Assembly (NCBI GenBank): GCA_900088475.1
Contig: FLMG01000516.1
Span: forward strand, 62,001 to 126,000
Direction of reading: 5' to 3'
DNA from: Hyphochytrium catenoides
Taxonomy: Eukaryota > Protista > Hyphochytriomycota
Length of the DNA stretch: 64,000 bases
Shown here: one piece after another, positions 35,477 through 48,924 of the stretch
How positions within the stretch are numbered: position 1 is the first letter of the stretch
Layout: each line of letters begins with the position of its first letter
The notes under the pieces: generated by a model
What the model saw: the letters and a program-made list of their open reading frames with translations, nothing else
Told to the model about the DNA's origin: nothing
The model's database searches: none
Translations under genes and position numbers: made by a program

Positions 35477-38400
35477 CTACCTAGGCGACCACATGCCCAA
35501 GCGAGTGTCAAACTGCATTCGAAGGTACCGATAATAACGGTCATACAGCGCCTTGTCATGCTTCTTTACTGCCTCGTCGAGGGCGAGGAGAAGACCAGGC
35601 CAAATGAGAATAAGGACCCAAGCGAGCAGAGGCTGGTTATAGAGGAAGAGTCCAATCTCGAAGCCGTCAAAGGTGGTTCCGGATGTCCAGGCCAAAGAAT
35701 AGAGGAACTACGACATAGCAAAGGGGCAGAGGTTACAGAGGGGACCAAGGAGAGAGAGAACGAGGGAAGGATGGGTGGCAGAGTTGTGTGCCAAACAGAC
35801 GGCAAAAGACAGACAGGCAGCAGTGCGGTGGTCAATCATTTCCCCTTTCCTTTGTCTTCCTTTCTAGGTGCATCTTGTCTGCCTGTAAGGCCTTACAAAC
35901 AAATTCTCTCCCCGTCTATCGTCCTGTACTGCCCACCACTTATCTTGACCAGCAGATACTCTTCGTCTGCTGGCTCTCCACTCTTCTTCTTTCAATCTCT
36001 CTGTCACTCTTTCTTTACTTCTCTTCTCCTCTCTTTCTCTCTCTCTCTCGCTCGCTCGCTCTCTCTCTCCTCCGTCCCTCTCCTTCGCGTTATCTTTCAC
36101 TCTCTGCTATAATCTAATAGTCGCTCACCTGTAAGATAATAACAGTGACCACAGTAGCCACCCATACTTTGTTTCTTGTCGGGTTCTCTACCCTGACACT
36201 TTCTGCTCTATACATAAAGCTAATAGACGAAGAGCAGAGGGAGAGCACGAGGAGCATCAACATTGTGGCTTCGGCACGGATCATCGCGGCTTCCAAGCGT
36301 GGGGAGGCAGGCACTTTGCCATAAAGGTCTGTCTTATAAACCAACTGAAAACAGGAGAGCTTCTTTTCCTCAGGCTAGAGCAGGCGAAACGGCAAGGAGG
36401 GAGCAAGAGAGAGGGAGAGAGAGAGAGCGTCACTGAGCCGTCCAAAACCAAGGGAGAAGACTTAAATGTAAAGGATGCACAAGGCCACAGAGGAGGGGAA
36501 AGGACAGAGAGGTGCGCCAAGTAATATGCCGATTGTGAGGAGATAGCCACAGAAAGAGGGTCATCGAACGAGAGGACAGAAAGGGGAAGAAAGGGATCTT
36601 ACATCTGTGGCAGTAAGCGATAGCGAATGAGCCATAACCCAGGAATAGAGGAATAGGCAGAGTAAGATGGTAGGCCCCATCCTTATCAAAAAGTAAAGCA
36701 TAAAGCGGCCATTGTCCTCTCCCAGGTACTGATTCTTAGGGGGAGTGCGAGCCATGGCTCCTTTGTCTGCAGGAGAGGAGAGGAAAGAAAGAGAAAGAGA
36801 AGGAATGACGACCCAAAGAAGCCACAGCAGTGATATGCCGCTGATGGTCGCACTCTGGAGACAGAGCGTGGCATTAGAAATATACAGGGCTAGACACGCT
36901 TATCGGTTTTTCTCTGTCCTTCGAAAAGCTCTCTCTCCATATCTCTCTCTCTCTCTTTCTCTCTCTCCCTCCCTTTCACTCGCTCTTTCTCGCTATCTCT
37001 CTCCCCATCTTTTTATGCATAATATCTACTCCTAGTTTGATGATTTTGTGTACCTGCGGGACCGGCATCACCTCCGCCATCGTGAAAATCGACCCCACCG
37101 CCAATTGAGCAGCCAGACCAAAGAGCAGAGCTTGACGGTAGTTATAAAGTAAACGACGCCCTGTCGCGATGGAACAAGAGAGGATCGCAGGTAAGCAAGA
37201 GATACCAAGTCGGTCAATCGTGTATAGCACTAGAATATTGAAAAGGAAGTGTGCGTGTGGAGAGACGCAGAAGAGGGACACCCAAGAAAACGAGAGAGAG
37301 CGCGGGAAAGATAAAGCGCCATACGATCCAATATGAAGACTCTTTTCCTACCGGATCTGATGAAAGTGATTAGAGGAAGCAATCGAGGTTGCCCTTCCCT
37401 TCCTCCATCCACAGTGATAGCACAGGCCATCGTGTTTAGGTAGGCACTGAGAGCCAAATCAGCAGCACTCAGGGCTGGTGCAGAGGCAGTCTATGTAGGC
37501 GTAAGCAAGAGAAGGTGAGTAGCGAACATGGATAGCTAATGGCAGAGCAGCAAACTAGCAGGTGACCGCGTCCACCAAGTAAGTGATTAGAGAGATAGAG
37601 AGACGATCAAGAGAGCTGGTAATGAAGAGCTGCGCATGAAGCTGGAATTGGAAGTAAGACTACGACCCGATGGCCCGGGCAAGACATCAACCGTGAAGAC
37701 CGGTACGGGCGTTAGTGGAAGAGGTTACCTGCGGAAATAGCACTTCATGTAAGGTCCTAGGCTGTCCATGCATGGCGATGGCGACATCTGCCTGCTCAAA
37801 AAGGGGAGCATTTGAAGCACGGAGAGCACTACCTACTGTGCAGACAACCTGCAGGAAAGATGAACCGGTAAGACACAGCGACAAAGGCGGGCACTTAAGC
37901 CGAATGACGCGTGGGGACAGTGACTAGATGAGTAGAGAACAGTGTGTCATTGACTCCTGAGAGCTGAGTGTAGAGGTATGTAAGCGATAACTCAATCACA
38001 GCAGAGCAACATGTACTAAGTCTGACCTCGTGATTCTCTTGAAATATCTTAAGAACTTCAAGGATGTCATTTTGCGTAGAGTCTGTGTACAATGAGACAA
38101 GGAGTGGGACGTTGTCTACCTCCTCGAGGTGCTTTCGAATAGCTGCAGTGCCTGTTAGCGGAAAAGATCACACGCAGAGAGGGAGAGAGTGAAGGCGAGA
38201 GATACGTCAGTCAATGGTACGCAGCCTGCGGAAGATTTTAGAGATGAAAGGTAAACTTGAAAAGGGAAGCGTTGGAGCAAGAGACAGTTATATCCTGCCG
38301 GGTTGACACCATCTGTGCGTTCCTTACCGTGAGGTAGCCTGGCCTTCACAATCCAATCTGAATAGTTTGAGGTCATTCGGTGAGGATCCGGCTGGCCACT

Positions 38401-41400
38401 ACCATCTAGAGGTCTGAGAGAGATGGCGCAATTCCAGTCCGTCTCGATGCCCATCTTCTCCACCAGTGGCTTGCTACGGCGCATGTTCCGAGGGCTAAAG
38501 TATACGAACCTTATACCTGTTAGCAGTCATATGAGGCGACGCGGTGGGAGATAGTAGGTACACGAAAGGGAGAAGAAAGGAAAGAGGTAACTTCACGGGC
38601 AGGGAAAGGAAAACCCATTACACTCCAACGAGGCGGTGGTGCGGGTGTAGGGAGGCAAAAGGGTTTTGAGTCGGAAAGATCCTGCCTATCCGTGACCCTC
38701 TGTCCCGCCAAGATACTGAGTATTGAGGGAACTAAGAGTCTGCCGACAGGTCCTTGGACACAACCCGACACTTGGAAGGGAAAAAACAGACGGGAAGCTT
38801 GCGTATGTACCTGAGGCCCTTAGGTCTTCATATAACTGCGCCACTTCAATCTTCGGTTGAGCAGAAGATGCAGCCATTCCTTCAGAAGTATTGCGGAAGC
38901 CGACGGTGATTAGGCAAACTTATCTCCATGTATTTTCTAAGACATTTGGCAGCGTCACTCTTCATCCTCCTTCTTCCCTGGCCGCCTCCTTTCTGCCCTC
39001 GCTTCCCTCCCTCTGGCCGATGCAATATCTATCTTTTTGAATCTCCGAGCTCGGCTACCAACCGGATACCTAGAAAGATTTGATTATCCTGAAGTTTGGA
39101 CAGCTCCTGAAGCCAGTTCCTCGATAAGAGTTCAGGATCTGCAGATCCCATGCTGCGTCGGCCTATTCACACAATCGTGAGACTACAGATAGCGATTAAA
39201 GTGAAGCGGCGAGCACCACAACGTCCTTCATCTATCCAGTTTTCTAACTTCAAGCTAATCCAGCAAGCGAAGCGCTCCTGCCTTTATAAGTAACGGCCTT
39301 ATCTTGGTGAGGGAGGCGATGCATCTGATGTCTCACCTCTAACTGGCGAGTACGCGGTCCGATGATCTTTGGCCAGATTTAGAGATCGAGTCCGACGGAA
39401 AGGGTCTGTGAGGTCGTCTTGATGGTCCTTCGGATAGAACATATGTGAGCGCCTTACGCCTCGAAACCTCTATTATAAACCCACTTCAGATCATGTATGT
39501 TGCTACGTTTCTCTTTTACTCTGACAACCTGGTCCGAGGTAAGATCCCTCTACAGCTGGCCTATAAAACAAGAGAGGTGGTCCTGCTATGACACCTTACC
39601 CTCTGGTCGGGCTCCGATGGCATGGACAGAGTGCTGGCAACCACGGCCAGTCGTGGGAAGGTAGGCCACTGTTCCTCCTTTGTTAGCTCAGGATTACTGG
39701 AGGAACGGCGGATATTTGCTTCTGAGTTGGGCCCTTTAGATTGCAGAGAGAACAAAGAGAACAACCATAAGAGTGGCATAACCTTAGCCCACGAAGACAT
39801 GCTATGCAGAGACAAGGAAGATGGAACTCACAACATGAAGGTGAAGTAAAGCCCTCAGCAAAAGCGTTGGAGGGGTGCTTCAATGGGGTGCTTTAGCGGG
39901 TTCGTGAAGCTAATCTTACCGTCCGCGTAGAGTCCGTTACTATCACTTTCCACCAAGTAGACAGGGGGTAGCATTTCCCCCCGTGGACCTGTTAGGCACA
40001 GAAGAGAGCTCTACCTCGAGTCCTTATCTCAGTCATACCAGGCGACTCATTACCTTCCAAGTACTTATAATAGCGCGCAGGGATAGGGCTGTAGGAGAAA
40101 GCCTGTAAGATGAAAAAGGTGAGGGAGGACCTTTCCAAATAGTCTTGCAAAAGTTTAAAAACTGCAACAAAAGCATTCCGAAATCGCTAACAAGAGGGAT
40201 GTCTGAGAAGTCGCAGGCAAGCTATGGGAGAAGGCTGTCTGCAGAGGGGAGAGGGTATAGCGCAAGGAGCATATACGAAGAATTTGCCCTATTGGGCGAA
40301 CTCTTGCCCAGAGCGCTTTCTCGAAGACAATCCGCAAAGCACCAATAGCATTAAAGACAGGCCACAAGATGCAGATGGGTGTGCGGAAGAGAAGGATTGC
40401 CAGCAAGGGTAAGCCACCAGTCACGCTAGGGAAGAAGTGCAGGTACTTTTCACCTACCACACATTCAAAGTCTTCAAGCCTCCACTGATTGTATATCTCA
40501 GTAATGGACCGGCGTCCCTCGGCGCTGATGGGACATATTGACCGTCCATCCCAGAACTCTGAGCAGTGGGCAGCTACGATCCTCGGGTGACCCTTCGACA
40601 GCATCTGAAATCCCTCTGTGGAAAAACAGAACTCAAAATGACCCTAGTCTGGCTCATTGAGAAATCGCTAGCGGAAGAAGGATGCAAACGGCACGCAGGA
40701 ACGAAGTCAAGGTGTTGGATCAGTCTACCTGATCTGGAGTCCAACACGATGGTCGAGGAGAAGTGGGACCTCAAGTTGGCTCTTAGCCTCGAGTCCTCGA
40801 AGCCTTGAGCGTGAGTATCTTCCGTGTGCTCTGCGTATGCCAGAGTCGGTGATACACGGTGTAGCACCTGCCGTGGGTAGAAGAAGCGGAGATCCTCTGC
40901 GCAAAAGCCTATTTCCCTGTAAAGGATGAAGTGAGGTCTGTAAATAGGAAGGAGTCCTGCACCGTCAGCACATACAAGAATCTACCGCGGGAGATCAAGC
41001 AGATACGTAGGTGAAAGTCCTGCAAGAAAGGGCTGTCCAAGGATTAAGGGACACAAGAAAGACATAAGACGATAGCATCAGGAGCCCTTGAGCAGCTGAA
41101 ATTGTTCACACTAGATGGGATGTAGATTCAGACCTTGCTAAATGCGTGAGGTACTCTTGGCTCGGGAGGTTCCTCACATGGGCAGAGAGCATGCGCATCG
41201 CTTTTGCTATCTTGTCGCCTTCTTCCGTTGGCAGTTGCGGAGGTGGTCTGAAGAAGCCACCCGCTGGAGGCGAGCGGAGGCGAAACGGACCAGGAAGTCT
41301 GCGGTGTACAAACAGATTCAGACACGGCGGTCAGCCGTAGTAAAAAGCAAACGACGAGTCAAACTATTGAAGAATATAAAGGAACTTCAGTACAGAATGA

Positions 41401-44400
41401 GAAGCCCGACCATCAACCATAATCCCAAAATGTTGCAGAGGATGATATCCTCAACTCGGGAAGGAGGAGGAGGAAGGAGGAGAGGAGAGGATGATGTCGA
41501 ATTGCCAAGGGATCAGGATGCTTGATAGCCAAAAAGAGGAACTTTCCTGCTTGAAAAACCTCTATCAGGCGTCTGGTGGACTTGATTGGTGATGAGGCTG
41601 CATAGTCCTAAAGGTTTTAGAGATGGTAGATAGTTCATCCAGGCAGGGTCCTCAAACCTAATTCAGATAAAGCCAGGGCCGAAGAGTGACAGAAGGGAGA
41701 AGAGAGGTGTCGACAGTGAGATGTAGGCTTAAAGAAGTACGGAACCCTAAGAATATGTAAGTGTAAGGATGGAGATGAAGCTCCAGGCTTGCCACCCAAG
41801 CGGGTGCAAGTTAACCAAGACAAAAAGATGACGGAACGCATAGCCCATTCAAGAACACAGCCAACAACTCCAAAAGAGGGAGAAAACGGCTACCTTACGC
41901 CTGTTTGGCTCTCTTTATCGACATGCAGGTCCAGAACGACAGATGCACCCTGGTTATCCTTCAATATAAATACCTCCTCTGGGGCAGGGTCTGGCTCACA
42001 GACCACGTCGTCATCTGTACAGCATAGCACTGTGATGGACCCTAAACGTTCCAGGAGCTTTGAGGATTGAAAAGGAATAGGAAGGAGAGGTCTCTCTGGC
42101 TGTGGATCGGCCTGTCTCTCTCCCAGTAAGCGATCCCCCTCCCCACTTTGAGGAGAGTTCGGAAGAGGCCCTGCCAAGGGCGAGACTACACTCGGAGAGC
42201 TCTCGCAGGTACCATAATGGTTCGCAGGGTGTGGGTATCTTGATGGAGACGAACTTCCGGCTCTTCTTATCTCGTCCAATGCTCTACGGGCAGCAAAGCC
42301 CGGACCATGAGCTGCACTGCATGGGCCAGTTCTAAAGCGCAATGTGGTCCAAAAATACCGCCAAAGACGGCGCTTAGAGATTTCATGGTGGGTTTTAGAC
42401 CTGCGTCATATAAGTAAGGGTCGAAGCTAGTAGTTAGAGCATACGTGACACTGGGCACAGAGGTATGCAATAGAGCATCTGAGGGAAAATACCGATCACG
42501 TCAGCGCACTATAGATGCCCCACAGGTCACCCACAACGCGCTGAGTATGTAGGGCTACGAAGGGAACGAAAGACGAGAATTGGAAGCCAGACAAGGAAAG
42601 AGAGTAACCAAGAAAGGTGTCCCTACATAGCAATCTGTCTCTCTTCAAAGTCCACTTCATCATATTCGTCCACCGAGATGCCGTCACGACTTTCCTCCTC
42701 TTCGGCCTCGCCTATTCTGCTGCTTTCCGATCCCTGATGATGCTGATGATCCAGCAAGGACTCCAATAGAACGAGTAAATGGGCGGTGCTAATAGCCTCA
42801 CCGATAAGCAACGCTAGAGAAGTAAGTGTGTCATATTAGGGATGGGCAAGGGCGTAAACAAGGCGGTACACTTGAAGTACCCCTTCTTTCTGCTAAAAAG
42901 AAGCCAAGACCTTCTTGAACAAAGAGACCCCAATATACAATCGAGCATCGTCCAAAAGCATCGGATGGAGAGGAAAGGGGCCACCGAGCAGAGAGCTTAC
43001 CCGTCGGTAGCGGTAGCATTAGGAAGCAGAGCGCCAAGTGGACAGGCTGTGCGAGGAGTTCTTCTCCCCAGTCCACTCGGAATTTCAAGAGAAGAACTCG
43101 GAGCAGCGTCGCAGCTAGAAATATTAGCATAAACAAGGTGCCAAGCCGCTGGAGCCACCACCGAGCGGCCTTCATCTGCTTCCCAATTAGGGGTTGGGGT
43201 CTCTTAGGCGGAGATAGGGACTCTAGTATATTCTTGGTGACGGGGGTTTCCAGCATCTGGTACAGACGCATGTCTCCGCAGAGACTAACAATCAGAGCGG
43301 GATCTCTCCCGATGTCGATGCCAGTGCCAGGAGCGAGAGGAGAGTGACGAAGACTTGGAACTCTATCACCTATGAAAGCAATATAAATTAAACACTAGGC
43401 GAAGTGACCATGGGTGCAGCGAGATTGGCGAATGGAAGGAGTTCGAGGGCGAGATGTGAGAAAGTGTAGGGAATGACATGGAAGACATTGTCAGAAGCCA
43501 AAAGTTATATGACCTCTCTTGATGCGTACATCCGACGCATTCAGCTGGTCCTTTAATCCTAAGGCCACTGCGTCTCCAGGCGCAACATCACCGCTGATAA
43601 GTGCGATGACATCTCCTTCTACCAGAAGATTCATAGGCATGCGCTAAACAAGGGAAGCCCCAAGAGAGTGGACGGTGATCAAGGCAGGTAGTCGGGCGTG
43701 GGAGAGCATAAGTGCCAGAGAGACCAACAGAGAGAAAGTGTTGATGTAGCGCTGAAGAACAAACCATAGAATAACAGGAGACTTTCAAACACCTAGACAC
43801 TAGTAATGCCTTGGACATCAGGCGACTATGGAACTAAGGAAATAAGAGAGAGACGTGTCAACGTCAAGGTAATGGCAATAACGCTGGCATAAAGAGTTTA
43901 TGCTGTACCCGCGACCCTTCTGTCGGAGGGATTCGGTGGTGGTTGCTTTCAACAACAGCGAGCCACAGCTGCAGACATACCTGCCAGGTTCCGTCTCTAA
44001 GAACTGCAACATAGGAAGTAGACGGACTGAGGACTGTCTGGCCTCCTTTACCACGACTCTCACTCTCTTCCATATCATCTAAGAAGCTGAGGATGGACGC
44101 ATGCACTCTCTCTGCTATCTCGCACTGGCTTCTGAGAGAGGAAGTGACGGCTAACCAGAGGTTGAGCAGGTTGTTGAGGATGAGCACGGCGACCTCAACT
44201 ATCATATGAATCTGACGAGGGTTCAGATGGTAGCCCATTAAGAGAAGAATAGCCGATATGAGGAGGAGCCACCTAAGAAGAGACCAGGCGACCCCAAAGA
44301 GAGAGCAGCTTAGAGTTAGAGAGAATAGAGTATGGACAGACCAACAGAGCTGTACCAATCATGCTTAGCATACATTCCAGGGCAGGAAGAAGGAACAGTA

Positions 44401-45194
44401 CTGGGGTTGGATAAGATACCCCGGCTAGAGGGTTGAAAGGTGGAGAGACTACCAAGAAGTGACGAAGGGAAATGCCGAAGGGAGAAAAGAGAAAGTAAGT
44501 AACACTCAGAACTTTTCAAGGTCTGCCCCGTTGGGACGGACGACTAGAGGATCAGTTCTCTTTTCGCAGTTGCTCAAGGTGGCTAAAGTAAAGCAAAGTA
44601 ACGCTATCATAGACTCAAATATAGAGCAATGGGAGGACAGACAAGGTTTGGAAGCGATGAAAAGCAATGGCCTTGAGCTGCATACAGTGCAAGGTGCACA
44701 GAGGCAGTAGCCCTTCTTCCGCCGTTACGTTCATGAGAGATTGTGACGCAAGGCAAAGGAAAGGACCAAGCACGCTTTCCCTACCTGGATGGTTCGCTCA
44801 TTTTTTCTCTCCAGATCGTGGACTCCAGCTTCTGCCTCCTGGCACTGTCATCTACACAATCCAGCACTGCCTGGACGAGAGCATCTCGCGCCTGGGGGGA
44901 GGACAGTCCTAGCCCGTCCACGGTCTCTTTCTGTAGAAAGTATACCATGCTTACGGTAAGAGGTAAACAAAGTTCTGATATCAGATGCTGCTTGTAGAAC
45001 GCCCTTACCTGACCCTCCGTCCGTGGGGATTCTACCTTGAAGGGGTTCTGAGCATTTGGAGATGGGCGTGGAGACGCCTGATAAGAATGCCGTCTTGGCT
45101 TTGGAGGATGCCCAGGGCTGGAGGCCGGAGTTTCATTGGAGAAGGGCCGCAGGGCCTGGGCAGGCCGAACTGTGATAGAAATCTCGTCCGCCAT
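35477..45194 (-). CDS. TMEM94: TMEM94/ERMA-like P-type-ATPase-related membrane protein, many exons
   Basis: LGSITVLCC, CSEFWDG, QIFLG|MAAS, IRFVYFS...KMGIETDWNCAISL, ARLPHG...VDNVPLLVSLYTDST, and C-terminal FDTRLGMWSPR resembling the TMEM94 end FETKLGMNSPF. Not all exon boundaries were resolved. Confidence 0.9.
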
Positions 45195-48100
45195 CTTAAA
45201 AGAGACAAATTACTCTAGGTCTAGCAGACGAAGCATGAAGAGACACAGGCCAAAGAGGCGGATGATAGACCGCTTGGTGAGAGCTATCTTGGACATGCAA
45301 GCATTGCTGGCGGTAGGCTTAGTTCATGAAGTACACGAGGGCAGAAAGTAGGTGATCAATAGCTCAAGCTTGACATAAACTGGCACTTAGATGATGAAAG
45401 GGTTTGGCCACAGCAAGATTAACTACACACTTCCTGTCCGGGTATGAGCAAGGAAGACCCTTCTGCTGCTGCTGCGTCAGCGTCGGCGTCGGCGGCGTTA
45501 AGCGGCAACCAAGCACTAGGAGCAGCGTCAGCAGCAGCAAGATCAACAGCGACAAGGCGAGGAGCAGCGGTGCAGCAGCAGATTCTTCGTCTTGCAAAAG
45601 ATTTCAGACAACCTCTCCTCTCTCAAAAACAATTCAATAAGAATTCAGATTTTATTCCATTCTCTACATTCTTGAATAAGATCTTCTGAATCTTACCAAG
45701 TTTATGCCTCATTATGCGGGATAGATATAGACCATTTATCTTCATGGAATTGCAAGAAAAGATTTAAAATAGGGCTTATTTGTACAATAACACAGATCCG
45801 TAGATCGAGTCTCTGCACGCATTTTTTCATCTTCTGCCAGACTGGAAGAGAAAGCAAGAGAATCTTCGTCTGAGGTCTTCAGAAGACGATAAGGCCGATG
45901 ATCGGATGAAGTGAGCCAGTTCACTGTCTCCTGCTGCCTGCGTGGCTTGACTTCTCCTTGTGCCTGGACTGCAGCTCTACAGGAATGTGTCTTTGAGGAG
46001 GAAGATTTGGAAGACTTGATAGGTCAAGCGCCATGGTTGCCTAGTCATGACGGACCAAGAAGCGCCCGCGTCGGCAGCGCCAGCTACCTCCCAGGAATAC
46101 GGAGACGGGACTCGCTATCATTTAGACTCCAGGAGCAATGGGCAGAGGGAGAGAACCGTAGCGACAAAACCCAAAGAGCTCCTTCTTAACTTTTGAGCGT
46201 GTGGCGTTCCAATATTACTGGGTTCTTGCCTCTAAAGTCCTCGTGAATGTTTGCTGACCAGCGCAAAGCGAAGAAGATGGTGCTGAGGTTCATGCTCTTC
46301 TTTGATGGACCTAGTCAGTGGACCATCAGAAGAGTGAGAAGAAAGAAAATGCACCGACTAAATGAAAGCCCCCTCACCAGTAAGCGTTGCAGAATGGATC
46401 TGCATCGACACCTCCGCAGCTTATGCTGTATAGAGTCAACTATATGAATGATCTTCGCTCTCCTGGTGGACGACGTCCATTGTGGGATGGCTGCCATCGC
46501 CTTTCCTTCTTCCCAGTTGGCTCTTTCTTCTTACTAGGAGGACAGCTGCTTTTCTCTTCTATAGTATCCGAGGCATCATCCTCTAGTCTTCATCTCTCTT
46601 TGCGTGTTCACCACTCGCCGGATCCTTATAAATATCCTTTGTCAACATACAGATTTCCGAGAGACTCTGTTCCCGCTTCTCAAGCTATTCTTTGAGTCAG
46701 CAGGAGAAAGACAACAATGGGGTATGGCCATGGAAGGTCAGACCACTGCAGGGTTTGCTCTCGGCCTCTGCCCTTCTGGAGATTTCTCCTTAACTTCGAA
46801 GCTTGTCTCTAATCTTCCTCTTCTCTCGAGATCTCTGCGTGAACCGGACGTTACCGTCAGCTATAGACGCTGGTAGGCTTATGGGACATATCGGCACCAT
46901 GGCCAAACTCTTCAGTGCCCAAGAGTATCAGAATTCCTTTGAATACGGATGCTGGAGATCAAGAAATGATCCAAATAGAGTAAGGAAAGGACATGAGGCC
47001 ATTGGAAGCGGGAAGAGACCACACTTCTCGGAGAGTTTTTGAGAGAACCCCGACCTTAGAGAGCGTGCCAGGGTCCACGGTGGGCACGATGTTCAACAAG
47101 TGTCCTTACTCTTACGTAGACGTGTCTGTATGGCAAGGGAGCTCATTTTGGAAGAAACAGAGAAGTTCAGATAAGGCTCTATGAGAGTTATCTGCCACGA
47201 TAGACGTAGACCACTAAGGACGACGTGGAGAGTCAGCAGCCCTTGCAAAGGTGCTAGGCTGTGGGTCTTTATAAGGTTACTAGCGCCTCTCTGCACATCT
47301 ACTCCATCTTTTTCTTGGTGTCCTTCTCGTCCTGGTGGTTCTTCTTCTGGAGATTGAAAAAGATCGCCAGCAGCACGAAGACGATAGATACCATGCAGAC
47401 ATGCGTGAAGTTGAACTTGAACTGAGATGGCTTCCCTATGGGACACAAGTGCACGGATTTGAGCAAACGAGGAAGGTCTCGCAAGTCAAAGGCTTTCGCA
47501 TAGTATCCTTTCTCCCGTCCGCGGCATCTTCTACAGCTGCCTGTCTTTGTTCATCTTTCACCACGGCTCCACTTACCGAACATAGCTTCAATCCCTGTGT
47601 TCGCAAACTCCAGCGCTGCAGAGAGGAAGGCATGCTCCTGTCAGCAAGAATGTACCAGCAGCAGAAGAGATAGATATGACGGGGCATACCTGGTTGCAAG
47701 GACTTGACTACGGCATTACTTCTGTACCTGGTACCAACTGGGGACCAAGCCGCGATTAGAAGCTAGTCAATTATAGAAAAAAAAGCAAAGGGACGATGCT
47801 AGAAGGGATCACTACTCAGAAGTGCACCGGAGTGATGGGGGAAAGGGAAGAGTCCATTGAAATGCTGGGGCTGTACGCTGCTGGCGAGCTGATTACCGGT
47901 GCTGAGAGCCTTGATCATGTTCTGGAAGTTAAGAAGCGAGAGTCCCGAGATAAGGAAGATGAAGGGAGGCAGGAGGAGCACCTGCGGCACAGTGAGATTG
48001 AGCAACATCTTTCCTGGGCCATAAAATGAGAGAAAGACAGGTGACAAAAGGCAGGGACAATGGATGGTTAGACTACGTATCCATCGCTATTAAACCTCTT

Positions 48101-48924
48101 CTTAGCCATTCAAACCTTGGACGGCGTGTGAGATGCGACTCTGCTCGCTTTCGTCTGATAGTTGGCCGGGATGGCAATGAAGGCTGGAAAAGAAGAAGCT
48201 GACAGGCGTGCGGTAGCGAGAATTCTGATCTCTGAGAGCTCTTTCTGAGCTTTGCGCTGTCTCTGAAGATCTCTACTTCCTCACCAGCGCACTGCCACGT
48301 CTCCACTCCTGACAAAGACCGCTAACCGCCCTCACAGAGCCGGTACTCGCCAGGATTCAGAGCTTCATCATCGAAATGGAATCTCCACAAGAGGCTTGGA
48401 CTTGCGGGACAATGAGGCGATGAGGCCACGAACTTTGGCGGTGGACTGTGATCAAGAACCTGCTGCTGTGCCTTATACTTTGGAGGACGACGAGCGACGT
48501 CATCAGTGGCCAAGCTTCTGTCAAATGCTGTGGAGTTCGCCTTTATTACTCACTATCTGCCTTGTAATAGCGTCAATATATTGATTGTCCCCACCAAAAT
48601 CGGCGTCCTCTTGCCCGCTACGATGATCTGATCGCCGCTGATGAGTTATTCCATTCTTCAAAGGTTGTCATGAGGGACAGAGATGTTCACGCGCTGGACT
48701 CCTGGAGCCAGCCAAGGCTCTAAGCAAAGGGCACTCGACGACACCAGAGATGCAAACAGTTAGCTATCCTTCTCCTCAACTCGGCATGGGATGCTATTCA
48801 GGGGCGATCAGGCTAAGAAGAGTATAAGACATCAGACATTGTATGTACAAGGAAGTCTGGAAAGGCAGAAGACCAAATAGCTCTGCTCATAGATAGAACC
48901 CGCCCTCTTCACTGTTAGTCATTC

